Positions 55,396 to 64,000 of a DNA stretch of 64,000 bases are shown here, piece by piece. The notes beneath the pieces were generated by a model that searched no databases, had not been told where the DNA came from, and saw only the letters and a list, made by a program, of their open reading frames with translations. The translations under genes and the position numbers were made by a program. Every line of letters begins with the position of its first letter. Within the stretch, counting starts at the first letter, position 1. The stretch is from sequence record OP991903.1; one strand, written 5' to 3'.

Positions 55396-55757
55396 AGACG
55401 ACCATACTGCTGCACCTCAGTAAACGATTCCTCAGTGACAAGTCGCGGAGGATTTTGTTAACGGGGTCACTTTATCTCCTCTTAACGGACAGATGTGAGC
55501 GCAAGGCTGACTTCAAGGTCCTGAATGATGAACTCCGTTTCTTGCAGGACGAACGGGGATTCCTCCTTTGTGGACTACTGACGAAAGCCTGGCGTGGGGA
55601 AGTCAAAAAGCGTGACTTCCGACACATTGCTCCTCCGACGTTGGAACGCTATCTGCGCCGTATTGCTCCGTGCTGGTTACATTACTCTGACCAGTGCAAA
55701 TACGACCTGGATAACGATGTTAAGCAAATCGTACGCATTGCGCGCACGATGGCATAA
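55392..55757 (+). CDS. hypothetical protein
   Basis: ATGA overlap; followed by a terminator. Confidence 0.65.
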   Translation: MKTTILLHLSKRFLSDKSRRILLTGSLYLLLTDRCERKADFKVLNDELRFLQDERGFLLCGLLTKAWRGEVKKRDFRHIAPPTLERYLRRIAPCWLHYSDQCKYDLDNDVKQIVRIARTMA

Positions 55758-55800
55758 AACCCAGGGGACCTTCGGGTCCCCTGGGGTTATTTTTTTTTTG
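55752..55800. terminator. bidirectional terminator
   Basis: gcataaaa-cccaggggacc-ttcg-ggtcccctggg plus T tract. Confidence 0.85.
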
Positions 55801-56658
55801 TTACACCGCTTTGACCAGTTTGTCAACCGCGGCCTTCATGGCGTTCGCATGGTTGATGAACAGGGTTCTGACTGCCGCGTAGTACTCTACTGACTCTGCC
55901 ACGTTGTACGCAGCCGTGGCCAGGTTAGAGATGGTCTTACCGTTCAGACGGAACTGTTGGTTAGTATCCGTAATGTTGGCCGACAGTTGACCGAACAACT
56001 CACGCAGCTCATCAATCTCCGCCATCAGCATCTGTGGGTTGGAGTTCATGAAGACGTGTTCGAAGTTGTTGGTCAGGTCCAGGACTTCTGCCATGTCCGA
56101 GTTACGCGCCACACACTCACCGTACTTGCGCACGTTCACAGAAGCGTTACCGCTAACCGAGGCACCCAGTGACTTCTTCAGCAGCTCGTAGTCCACGAAG
56201 TTGACGGTGGAGTTCAGGGCGCTGGAGGAGAACTTCTCTGGGTTAGTCAGGGCGGTGGCGACGAACTGCTTGAATGGGTGAATCACGTTCTCTTGCAAAC
56301 TGACCGAGAACTCAACACCAGGTTTCATGTTGTGGAGCAGGTCCAGCCACGTCACACGCAGACCAGGAACCACCGGGACACGAATCGGTGCCAGGTTCAG
56401 GTAGTCAGTGCCAGGCAGGCGCGACAGTAACAGCTCCTGTCCCTTTTTAGTTTTTACGTCCGTCTTAAATAAGGTGTCCTGAATACCACTAACACGATAC
56501 CCTAAGTCATCGCCCAGCTCTTTCAGGAAACCAGAAAGTTTGGCAACTGTCCCGGCAAGAGGACGGTGTACGGAAAGGGATTCGGTCGAGACCAGTGACT
56601 TCCCTTCCAGTGCGATAATGACGGCTCTCGTACGAAACGTACTCAAATTGTTGTTCAT
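55801..56658 (-). CDS. virion head protein (phiKZ gp153-like)
   Basis: N-terminal ALE/STE cleavage-type motifs; TATG upstream on the minus strand. Confidence 0.55.
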   Translation of the reverse strand: MNNNLSTFRTRAVIIALEGKSLVSTESLSVHRPLAGTVAKLSGFLKELGDDLGYRVSGIQDTLFKTDVKTKKGQELLLSRLPGTDYLNLAPIRVPVVPGLRVTWLDLLHNMKPGVEFSVSLQENVIHPFKQFVATALTNPEKFSSSALNSTVNFVDYELLKKSLGASVSGNASVNVRKYGECVARNSDMAEVLDLTNNFEHVFMNSNPQMLMAEIDELRELFGQLSANITDTNQQFRLNGKTISNLATAAYNVAESVEYYAAVRTLFINHANAMKAAVDKLVKAV

Positions 56659-56752
56659 GGGGGTACAACCTCCGGGGTTAAATTACATAAAATTAAATGT
56701 ATAGCCCATATTAGATGACAGAATCACTCTAACCAGCTTAAGGAATCGCACC

Positions 56753-58180
56753 ATGTCCTTTTTCTTAGACCCAATGGATGGCGTAATGGATGCAACGCAA
56801 CAAGCCGATGCTTCTACGCCAAAACTGAACGTGGGTTGCCTTTTTGACCATTTCTCCGGCCGTTATACCCGCGGTGCACACGGTGAATCCTTGCTGAACG
56901 GCGGTATGTCTCACATCACCGCTATCGTGGGTAAGAACAACCAGTATAAGTCCACGACGGCTGACTATTTCATGGCCGCTGCCCAGAACAACTACTACGA
57001 CGTGGGTAACAGCTTCTATAAAGAAACCGAAGGTTCTCGTGACCTGGAAGGCCTGGAGTTCCGTATGGGACAGTTCCCGCGCATCCAGGAAGCCGGGGTT
57101 ATCGGTAACCCGAAAATGTTCTTGACGAACATGATTAAGATATCGGCGGAAGACTACTGGGAAAAACGTAAGGAATACGGGAAGAAGAAAGTCGCCACCA
57201 AAGGTGCGATGCTTGAAACCCCGTTCCTGAATGCCGATGGTAGCTTCATCCAGGTCCTGGCCCCAACCTTTGAAGAGATTGACTCCTGGTCGATGCTGAA
57301 CTTCGAAGCGTTGGAGAAGAAAGCCGATAAAGCCAAGAACGTCGCCGACAGTAAAAACAACATGTTGTTCGCCAACGATGGGATGTACAAAACCCGTATC
57401 ATCATGGCCATGCCGGGTGTGAACGGTCGCACAGGCTTCTACAGCGTCATGACCGCGCACCTGGGCGATGCGTTTAACATGGACCCTAACAGTCCGCCTG
57501 AGAAAATCATGGCGCACATGCAGGCGGGTACCAAGATTAAGAACGCCACCGAAAAGTTCACCTACATCCCGAACAACATGTGGATGTGTCACTCGCAGAA
57601 ACCGCACCTGGATAAAGAAGGTATCCCGATGTACGGTCGCGGTGAGAAAGGTGAGCAGTACGACAAAGACCTGGTCGAAGTGAAGATGCTCAACCTGCGC
57701 GGTAAGTTCGGTCAATCCGGTGCCCCGTTCAAGGTTATCTTCTCACAGACCGAAGGGTTACAGCCGCACCTGACAGAACTCTGCTACCTGCGTGAGAATG
57801 GTCAGTACGGCATGGGTAGCAACATGGTCAACATGTCCATGGAAATTTACCCGGACGGCAAGTTCACCCGTAACTCCATCCGTGACAAAATCAAAGAAGA
57901 TGCGAAGCTGTGCCGTGCCCTGGAATTGACCGCCGGGCTGTGCCAGATTAAGCGCGTCATGTGGTACTTAGGTGACATCGTGCACCAGACGCCACCGGAC
58001 ATCTTCCAGAAGCTGAAAGAGATGGGTTACGACTGGGATGAAATCCTGGGTGGAACGCGCGGCCACTGGCAGTTTAACGGTATCAAAGAAGACAAACAGT
58101 TCCTGTCGGCTTTGGACCTCCTCCGTATGGCAGCTGGCGAATACCATCCGTACTGGATGCAGCCGCTGAAGAAAAAATAA
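56753..58180 (+). CDS. uvsX: UvsX/RecA-like recombinase (phiKZ gp152-like)
   Basis: GKNNQYKST Walker A, EIDSWS Walker B, NLRGKFGQSG, YHPYW C-terminus. Confidence 0.85.
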   Translation: MSFFLDPMDGVMDATQQADASTPKLNVGCLFDHFSGRYTRGAHGESLLNGGMSHITAIVGKNNQYKSTTADYFMAAAQNNYYDVGNSFYKETEGSRDLEGLEFRMGQFPRIQEAGVIGNPKMFLTNMIKISAEDYWEKRKEYGKKKVATKGAMLETPFLNADGSFIQVLAPTFEEIDSWSMLNFEALEKKADKAKNVADSKNNMLFANDGMYKTRIIMAMPGVNGRTGFYSVMTAHLGDAFNMDPNSPPEKIMAHMQAGTKIKNATEKFTYIPNNMWMCHSQKPHLDKEGIPMYGRGEKGEQYDKDLVEVKMLNLRGKFGQSGAPFKVIFSQTEGLQPHLTELCYLRENGQYGMGSNMVNMSMEIYPDGKFTRNSIRDKIKEDAKLCRALELTAGLCQIKRVMWYLGDIVHQTPPDIFQKLKEMGYDWDEILGGTRGHWQFNGIKEDKQFLSALDLLRMAAGEYHPYWMQPLKKK

Positions 58181-58192
58181 GAGAGCAGAGAA

Positions 58193-58477
58193 ATGGTTAA
58201 GCAAGACGCCCGCTTTCATCTCGTGATGATGCTGTCGCGTTATTCCAACCGTGTCGCCAACTATTTTGAGCGTCGGTTCGAACACGCCCCGCGTGAGCGT
58301 AGCAGCAACAAGTCCGAGATGCGCGAAATCAACGAGTGGTTCACCGTCTTCCTCGATGAGAAAGACCCGGTGGCTGCTAAACGTGCCAGAGAACTTCCGG
58401 TAGAAGGCTCCATTGACCAATGGATTCGTGCCTTTGAACGGGAACTGGTAGACGACCTGGTGCGCATCATTCATTGA
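58193..58477 (+). CDS. hypothetical protein
   Basis: 94-aa ORF in the UvsX operon. Confidence 0.65.
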   Translation: MVKQDARFHLVMMLSRYSNRVANYFERRFEHAPRERSSNKSEMREINEWFTVFLDEKDPVAAKRARELPVEGSIDQWIRAFERELVDDLVRIIH

Positions 58478-58490
58478 TGACGGAGGACGT

Positions 58491-58937
58491 ATGGACTTAA
58501 TATACGTCATGGTCAGTGGGTGTAGACATTATACATCCTACTGGCAGTTTGCCAAGCGCATGGACCACCTCCTCAAGAACTTTGACCGGGAGAAGGTGGT
58601 TCTGATTGAAGGGGGTGCCAGGGGGACCGATTACCTGGCGTATCTGTACGCCCGCCGTCGCAAGCTGGCGCACGCCACCTACGATGCCGATTGGGACGAA
58701 CACGGTAAGTCCGCAGGCTACATCCGTAACGCGGAGATGATGGAAATCGCCCGCTATGGCGTTGCCTTCTGGGACGGTTACAGTCGCGGCACGGGCCACG
58801 TGGTTAAAGAAGCGACTAAGTATGACGTAAGCTTACGCGTGGTGAAGATTCCTGAGGAGAATCCCAATGGGAAAAAGAGAAGAGGTAACGGCGCTTGGCG
58901 TGCAAAGAATGGCCGAGTTGTTCCCCGGGACCGGTAA
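58491..58937 (+). CDS. SLOG/YspA-family (DUF2493-like) protein
   Basis: VSGCRHY, IEGGARGTD, ADWDEHGKSAGYIRN..M, VAFWDG.SRGT. Confidence 0.85.
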   Translation: MDLIYVMVSGCRHYTSYWQFAKRMDHLLKNFDREKVVLIEGGARGTDYLAYLYARRRKLAHATYDADWDEHGKSAGYIRNAEMMEIARYGVAFWDGYSRGTGHVVKEATKYDVSLRVVKIPEENPNGKKRRGNGAWRAKNGRVVPRDR

Positions 58938-59544
58938 TGCCGAACAATTTAAGAAGGACCTTGATGCCCTCAGCCCGACGCAATTTGCCGCGCTGATGAA
59001 AGGCTTTGGAGACGGGACGCAAACTCCATCTGCTATTCTCCCCAACTTGACCAAACACACCCTGACGGTTGACCACCTGAAGAACGTGGCCAAGAAATGG
59101 GGCGTCGAGTTATTCCACCGCCTGGTGGTGACAGACCCTGATACGGGGCGGGAGATGATTACCCCGCTCAAGTACATGGTGATTAAAATCCATGTTACTC
59201 GCCTGTCTCAGATGCAAGAGACGAAGATGTCGATTCCGGAAGACAACTTGTCGACCGATGAACTGACCGGTCAGGTGACCGGGGACTCGAAAGGGTCACG
59301 TCTCTCCTTCCCGGAAATCGGGGTGCTACACGCCCGTGGACACGATGCAGCCATTCTGGAAGCCATCTCTGTTCGTGGGGGTGATGACGCCGCTAACCGT
59401 CAGCTGGAGTACGATATCATGACGTCCGGTAGCGGGTCGTTGAATCGTGCCCTGGATGCCGGGGAAGGAACCACCTCTACCCAGAACATGGCGACCTACT
59501 TCCGTGTGGCGCATCTGGATACCACTTTGGATAAAGGGCGTTAA
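58867..59544 (+). CDS. virion RNA polymerase beta C-terminal subunit (phiKZ gp149-like)
   Basis: KMSIP...DELTGQVTGDSKGSRLSFPE and LSVRGGD-like motif; GAGGAG SD. Confidence 0.85.
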   Translation: MGKREEVTALGVQRMAELFPGTGNAEQFKKDLDALSPTQFAALMKGFGDGTQTPSAILPNLTKHTLTVDHLKNVAKKWGVELFHRLVVTDPDTGREMITPLKYMVIKIHVTRLSQMQETKMSIPEDNLSTDELTGQVTGDSKGSRLSFPEIGVLHARGHDAAILEAISVRGGDDAANRQLEYDIMTSGSGSLNRALDAGEGTTSTQNMATYFRVAHLDTTLDKGR

Positions 59545-59545
59545 G

Positions 59546-60034
59546 ATGGAAAAAGAAATCTCAACCTTTGAACAGTTTGTGTCCACGTCTGCTGGGGCCG
59601 TCATTGATTACCTGCAAGATTCGCCGAAAGCCGAAGACCAGAAGCTGCGGGAATTCCTCTCCAGCTTCTATGCAGGTAGCCAGTACATGAACCTGGTGAC
59701 TGAATCTTCACTGGTTCAGTTGGCAGAACAGGTGCACGGTAACCTAGTCTACCAGAACTTCGTCTATGACCTCCAGATGGTGGTCCTGACCCCGTTCGGT
59801 CGTAAAGGTACCGAGGAAGTCATTGAGCACCTCTCTTACGGCATTGCGCCGGTGGTGGTGTACGATGCCAGCCAGAAGGTCCAGGAGTTCGCTGTGGGCC
59901 CTACAGACGACGCACGGTTCAAGGTCACTGACCAGGACATCGCAAACCGTCTGCGGGCGAACCGTTGGCTGCTGCCGCTGTTGGTACTATCCTGGGCAGA
60001 ACTGCCGGAGTCAACGCACAATGGAACCGATTAA
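59546..60034 (+). CDS. hypothetical protein
   Basis: Start refined to MEKEIST after the vRNAP stop. Confidence 0.7.
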   Translation: MEKEISTFEQFVSTSAGAVIDYLQDSPKAEDQKLREFLSSFYAGSQYMNLVTESSLVQLAEQVHGNLVYQNFVYDLQMVVLTPFGRKGTEEVIEHLSYGIAPVVVYDASQKVQEFAVGPTDDARFKVTDQDIANRLRANRWLLPLLVLSWAELPESTHNGTD

Positions 60035-60731
60035 AGTCCTCGTCAGTATGGACGACCTGTACGACACCCGGTTGTCGTTTCTGGCCAGTCTGTCGGTGCA
60101 CCGGGCAATCACCTGCGTGCAAGCCGGATACGGAAAGCGGACATCGGACCACATGGTGTACGAACATGCGGGGATGACCGAAGAACAATGGAAAGAACGG
60201 TTCCGTAAACGTCCTGACCTGGTATTGATGCGGGCATCGCGTAGTAAGATGTACAACCTGCTGGTCGACCTGAAACGGGAATCGAACAGTGCCCCGTGGC
60301 AGGATGCGCAAACTGCTAACTTCGAAGTGCTGGTAAACGAATGGCCCTATCGCCTGAGCAAACCCGTGCAGAACGAACAGATTGCGGTGATGAAACAGCT
60401 GTTGGGGCCGGAAACCAAAATCCGCTTTGTCCGTGTGGCCAAGAAACGGCTGTCCCCGAAGTACCTGGCCGAACACTGCACCCACTTTATCCTGTACGAC
60501 TTCACCGATTGGATGGAGACGCACAAGGACACCGATGAACCTGGAAACCTGCTGGCCGTAACAGTGGTGGCTGCGGCCCTGCTGAAAGACCTGCCATCGC
60601 CCGAAGACACCAAAGTCTTTGAGCCGATGATTAAGGAAATGGGGATTCTGGAATTGGCGGAACAGTTCATGGCTCCGGCGATGAACCTGCGCTTTGAAAA
60701 AGTGGATTACTGGTGTGCCCCCAACCGGTAG
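60021..60731 (+). CDS. hypothetical protein, possible HAD-like fold
   Basis: GGAG SD; N-terminal VLVSMDDLYDTR. Confidence 0.6.
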   Translation: MEPIKVLVSMDDLYDTRLSFLASLSVHRAITCVQAGYGKRTSDHMVYEHAGMTEEQWKERFRKRPDLVLMRASRSKMYNLLVDLKRESNSAPWQDAQTANFEVLVNEWPYRLSKPVQNEQIAVMKQLLGPETKIRFVRVAKKRLSPKYLAEHCTHFILYDFTDWMETHKDTDEPGNLLAVTVVAAALLKDLPSPEDTKVFEPMIKEMGILELAEQFMAPAMNLRFEKVDYWCAPNR

Positions 60732-60785
60732 GGCATAGAACCCAGAGGAGCCGAAGCTCCTCTGGGCCTTCTATTCTTCTTTCTC
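60732..60785. terminator. bidirectional terminator
   Basis: gcatagaa-cccagaggagc-cgaa-gctcctctggg. Confidence 0.8.
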
Positions 60786-61319
60786 CCCGCGACGCAATTC
60801 GGGGTGGTCGTTCTCCATACGTTCGAAGAAGTCGGCGGAGGTTTCTTGTTCCACCTGTTCTTTGAACTCCCCTTCCAGCGTTACCGGTTGGGACAGGAAG
60901 CTTGGGTCAAGTGCGTTGGCCGCACGGGTCGGTGCGGAGTTGGAACCCGTCAACTGCTTACGTTCCAATTCCAGCTGGGCTTTCTCCAGAATCTTCGCAA
61001 TCATGGTGTCATTCTGGACTTGCTTATCCGCCTGCTTAGTACGACGTTTGGTGTGGACAGCACGGTCAATGCCATCAAGGGTGGCCAGCAAACGGTCAAT
61101 CTCTTTCAGGTCGGTCGGGGCTTTCCCTGTTGGCATCAGTCCGGTAACAATTTGCTCACGGACATTCTGGGTAAACTCAAGGCGGTCGTCATCCACACGG
61201 TCTTCTTCAGACTGTCCGGCCGGTTCAGTCTCCGGTAGTTCATTCTGGTCAACGACTTGCGGTAAAGCCCCAGCCTTCTTCGCCAAGTCTTCGGGTTCAA
61301 CAAACTCAATAGCGCTCAC
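60771..61319 (-). CDS. hypothetical protein
   Basis: GGAGG SD, 182 aa. Confidence 0.7.
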   Translation of the reverse strand: MSAIEFVEPEDLAKKAGALPQVVDQNELPETEPAGQSEEDRVDDDRLEFTQNVREQIVTGLMPTGKAPTDLKEIDRLLATLDGIDRAVHTKRRTKQADKQVQNDTMIAKILEKAQLELERKQLTGSNSAPTRAANALDPSFLSQPVTLEGEFKEQVEQETSADFFERMENDHPELRRGEKEE

Positions 61320-61349
61320 GGCTAGGTCCTCCTAAAAACGGAACAGGTC

Positions 61350-61357
61350 TATATTAT
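61350..61357 (+). promoter_or_regulatory. early promoter variant TATATTAT
   Basis: ggtcTATATTAT. Confidence 0.55.
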
Positions 61358-61398
61358 AGAATTGACTTCAGCTACTTGTATCACAGGAGTTACACAGA

Positions 61399-61920
61399 AT
61401 GTTAGCAAAAATGTTACGGCGTTACTTTCAATCCCGTCAGTTGAACAAGGCGTACGCCCTACTGGGTGGTATCGACGGGGAGATAGAGGTCAGTCCGGAA
61501 ACCATGCTTATCCTATGGAAAGGGTTAAGAGCACTCCGTCTCTCTGAGGAAGAGTTGCTACTACTGCTCCCGATTCAAGGCGACTTCTATTACCAGGCAC
61601 ACGACGTAGCCGAGCGTTTAGAAAAAGGCACGTTGTATTTCGCCCGCACGGAAGAACCGCCGCGCACTCACTACCCGCCGGAAATCAATTCGAGTTCCCT
61701 ACGCTTTTGGCTGAGCGATAAACAAGGGAGCCACCTGGAAGCCATCTCCTTCTTACTGGAACTTGAGGAACTTATCAAGGACAATGTGGAAGCGATGGAC
61801 CTCTCCCGGGAGACTGAGGCGGAGCACGTGTACAATTACCGTATCGGTGAGATGTATTACGTGTATTGTGACATTATGACCTTCTGCGAGAGTATTCTGC
61901 GGAGGGCTCACTCTACGTAA
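61399..61920 (+). CDS. hypothetical protein
   Basis: AGGAG SD, 173 aa. Confidence 0.7.
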   Translation: MLAKMLRRYFQSRQLNKAYALLGGIDGEIEVSPETMLILWKGLRALRLSEEELLLLLPIQGDFYYQAHDVAERLEKGTLYFARTEEPPRTHYPPEINSSSLRFWLSDKQGSHLEAISFLLELEELIKDNVEAMDLSRETEAEHVYNYRIGEMYYVYCDIMTFCESILRRAHST

Positions 61921-61927
61921 ATAAGGT

Positions 61928-62719
61928 ATGCACATGAGGAGTAGTCTACCACTTCGCTTCGCACTCGGCGCTCTACTCAACGAGCCAGAAGAGGAGAACA
62001 TTAGTGGCATGAACATCTTGGCTTTGATGTTCCGCCAGATAAAAGGTGACCTGAACATCTCCTCCCATCGGTGGTCAATGCTGATGAATCAGTATTTGAA
62101 AGACCCCCGGAACGAGGTGCTGCAAACCAGTCGTGGACGTTCTTCGGAACGCAGCAATCTCAACCGTGGGTTAACCAACCCGGGACTGACGTTCAAAAAC
62201 TTCATGAAAGGTCTACGCTTATTGGCACCGCTCAAGGTGACACTGAAGATGGACCTGGAATTCGACAACGAGGTAACTGTATCGACCAGCGTCAACATTG
62301 ACGAAGAAATGCTGTACCTGCCTTTCCATAACGAGAAATACCCGGACCGCCAAAACTTCCTGGCGACCATGTTCCGTAACATTAAGAACACCTTGGAGAT
62401 TAATGACGAACAATGGCGTAAGCTGATGTCGGCGTATCTCAATAACCCACTGAACGGTTTCGTCGAAACAACGGTAGCGGACAGTGGGGTGAAGTCTTCA
62501 GTCGTGAACGGTGGTAAGCGGAGTTCGGAGCGCAGTAACTTAACCCGTGGGTTGAGTAACCCGGACATGTCTATCAAAGTGTTCACTAAAGGGCTCAAAG
62601 TACTGAACCCAAAACAAATCTATTTTAAGGTGCGCCTGGAATACTCTGGCGGCCGCTCGACTTCTCACCACATTCAGGTAGCCGGTAACGCACTGGTGGC
62701 GGTAGAAGGAGAAGAATAG
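61928..62719 (+). CDS. protein with an internally duplicated domain (putative DNA-binding)
   Basis: LA.MFR.IK..L.I....W..LM..YL..P.N...RSSERSNL.RGL.NP occurs twice. Confidence 0.7.
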   Translation: MHMRSSLPLRFALGALLNEPEEENISGMNILALMFRQIKGDLNISSHRWSMLMNQYLKDPRNEVLQTSRGRSSERSNLNRGLTNPGLTFKNFMKGLRLLAPLKVTLKMDLEFDNEVTVSTSVNIDEEMLYLPFHNEKYPDRQNFLATMFRNIKNTLEINDEQWRKLMSAYLNNPLNGFVETTVADSGVKSSVVNGGKRSSERSNLTRGLSNPDMSIKVFTKGLKVLNPKQIYFKVRLEYSGGRSTSHHIQVAGNALVAVEGEE

Positions 62720-62725
62720 TTTACG

Positions 62726-62753
62726 ACCGGGGGAAACCCCGGTTCTTTTTTTG
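62726..62753 (+). terminator. intrinsic terminator
   Basis: accgggg-gaaa-ccccggt plus T tract. Confidence 0.85.
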
Positions 62754-62772
62754 TCTCATCGAGGACGCTACC

Positions 62773-63840
62773 ATGGTAGACATTACCAGCAAATTGAGCG
62801 ACGCCAAAACGGCAGCCAGCAGTGCCACGAAGTCGGTGCAGGCAGGCAGTACGCTGATGACCACCAAAGCCAAAGACGCGTTAATGACCGTCGATGGTTA
62901 CGGGAAGACAGCGAAAGACACCCTCACCGGGATGTCGAACACCATCCAGAACAAGATAGCCGCCGCCAAGAACTTCCTCTTCAACACGAAGATTGGGGAC
63001 CTCGGTTCCCTGAACGATGCGTTGGCTACGGCGAAAGAAGTACGGGAAGACGTCACCGCGCTGACCACCCAGTTGAACTCGGCACTGGATGGGACCATCG
63101 GGACCGTCAAAGGGATGTCCAGTGACCTGCAAAGTCAGATACAGGGCCAGCTGAATAACCTGAACAAACTTCCCTTCGACCAGGTGCAGAACGGGAACAG
63201 TTTCCTCAAGGTTGCCTTGGGTGCCACTGTCCCCGAAATCAACAACCTGATTGAAACCAGTAACCGTTTGCTGGATTTGCCAGGCGAAGAATTCGGGCGC
63301 ATCAAAGACAGCGCTTCGGATTACGCGATGCGCGTCAGTATCCTGACCAACGCCGCGCGTCTGGGGATGACCAACATCATTGACCGGGTGATGAGCACCA
63401 ACCCGAATGACGTGGTAATGAAAACGGCGTTAATCGACCAGTTCGATTTCGCAGTACAGAACGGCGACGTCACCATCCTCAACAGTATGCTCGACCACCT
63501 CGGGGTCGACTTCGTTCTGCAACGTTACCCGACGGCTGTGGCCGACATCATCAGCTACTACCGTTTACCGGTAGGGGCACTGGCCGCTGACTACAGCAAC
63601 TACAAGAACGAACTGGTGGCGATTCTCACCCGCTTCAATGCGAACTGGGACCGCCTGTCTTTCAAAGCCACCAACCCCCGCAACCTCTCTGTGTTCAATG
63701 GTGCGTCAAACGACGTGAAGAAGCTGATGATTACCGATACGTTGTATAATCGGATGCTCACTGTCTCCGGTCACTTCACTGCGACCACCAGTCTGAAATC
63801 CCTGGCGAAGCAGATGTACCCTTACGCCGCCATTGCTTAA
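62773..63840 (+). CDS. probable virion structural protein
   Basis: 355 aa, Ala/Thr/Ser-rich helical N-terminus, GAGGA SD. Confidence 0.55.
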   Translation: MVDITSKLSDAKTAASSATKSVQAGSTLMTTKAKDALMTVDGYGKTAKDTLTGMSNTIQNKIAAAKNFLFNTKIGDLGSLNDALATAKEVREDVTALTTQLNSALDGTIGTVKGMSSDLQSQIQGQLNNLNKLPFDQVQNGNSFLKVALGATVPEINNLIETSNRLLDLPGEEFGRIKDSASDYAMRVSILTNAARLGMTNIIDRVMSTNPNDVVMKTALIDQFDFAVQNGDVTILNSMLDHLGVDFVLQRYPTAVADIISYYRLPVGALAADYSNYKNELVAILTRFNANWDRLSFKATNPRNLSVFNGASNDVKKLMITDTLYNRMLTVSGHFTATTSLKSLAKQMYPYAAIA

Positions 63841-64000
63841 ACTCATTTTTTACAGCCGGTCCACTCTTTATGCGAGTGGATGAGAACGGTTGTAAAGTCT
63901 CCCGTTCAGCATCTTCCTGCTATTAGGCTCGCACCCCTTTAGTCAAGAGACTTTACGTCTTTTGGCTGGAGGGGAGATTCTTTCTTTATTCCCTATCTAA

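Noticed and set aside
9699-59544. Introns, inteins or homing endonucleases in DnaB, RNAP subunits, SbcC or UvsX
   Set aside because: ORFs are uninterrupted, of expected size, and lack LAGLIDADG, HNH or intein motifs.
63840-64000. tRNA or known ncRNA at the window end
   Set aside because: No cloverleaf, T-loop or CCA; no recognisable family.

Overview
A 64-kb segment of a phiKZ-like (Chimalliviridae-type, probably nucleus-forming) jumbo myophage of a Gram-negative host. Gene order follows the phiKZ core: internal head proteins, virion proteins, DnaB, major capsid protein (MCP), non-virion RNAP beta subunit, portal, baseplate/tail proteins, RuvC, dTMP kinase, a four-gene receptor-binding-like cassette, an embedded spanin pair, paralogous tail fibres, tail spike, SbcC, an early accessory island, RNase H, UvsX/RecA and a virion RNAP subunit. 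phiKZ-type early (TATATTAC) and late (TATG) promoter motifs and many hairpin terminators are visible. I saw no tRNA, rRNA, CRISPR array, intron or transposon. Top leads: (1) the MCP UGA stop is followed in frame by an 18-aa peptide matching a motif found in tail proteins of this window, suggesting programmed readthrough; (2) an early operon encodes a minimal nucleotidyltransferase plus an apparently catalytically dead paralog; (3) four tandem fibre-like genes share a short N-terminal tag; (4) a fully embedded Rz/Rz1 spanin pair; (5) recurring hairpin+TTTATG elements. phiKZ gene-number equivalences come from recalled motifs and synteny, not from a database search.
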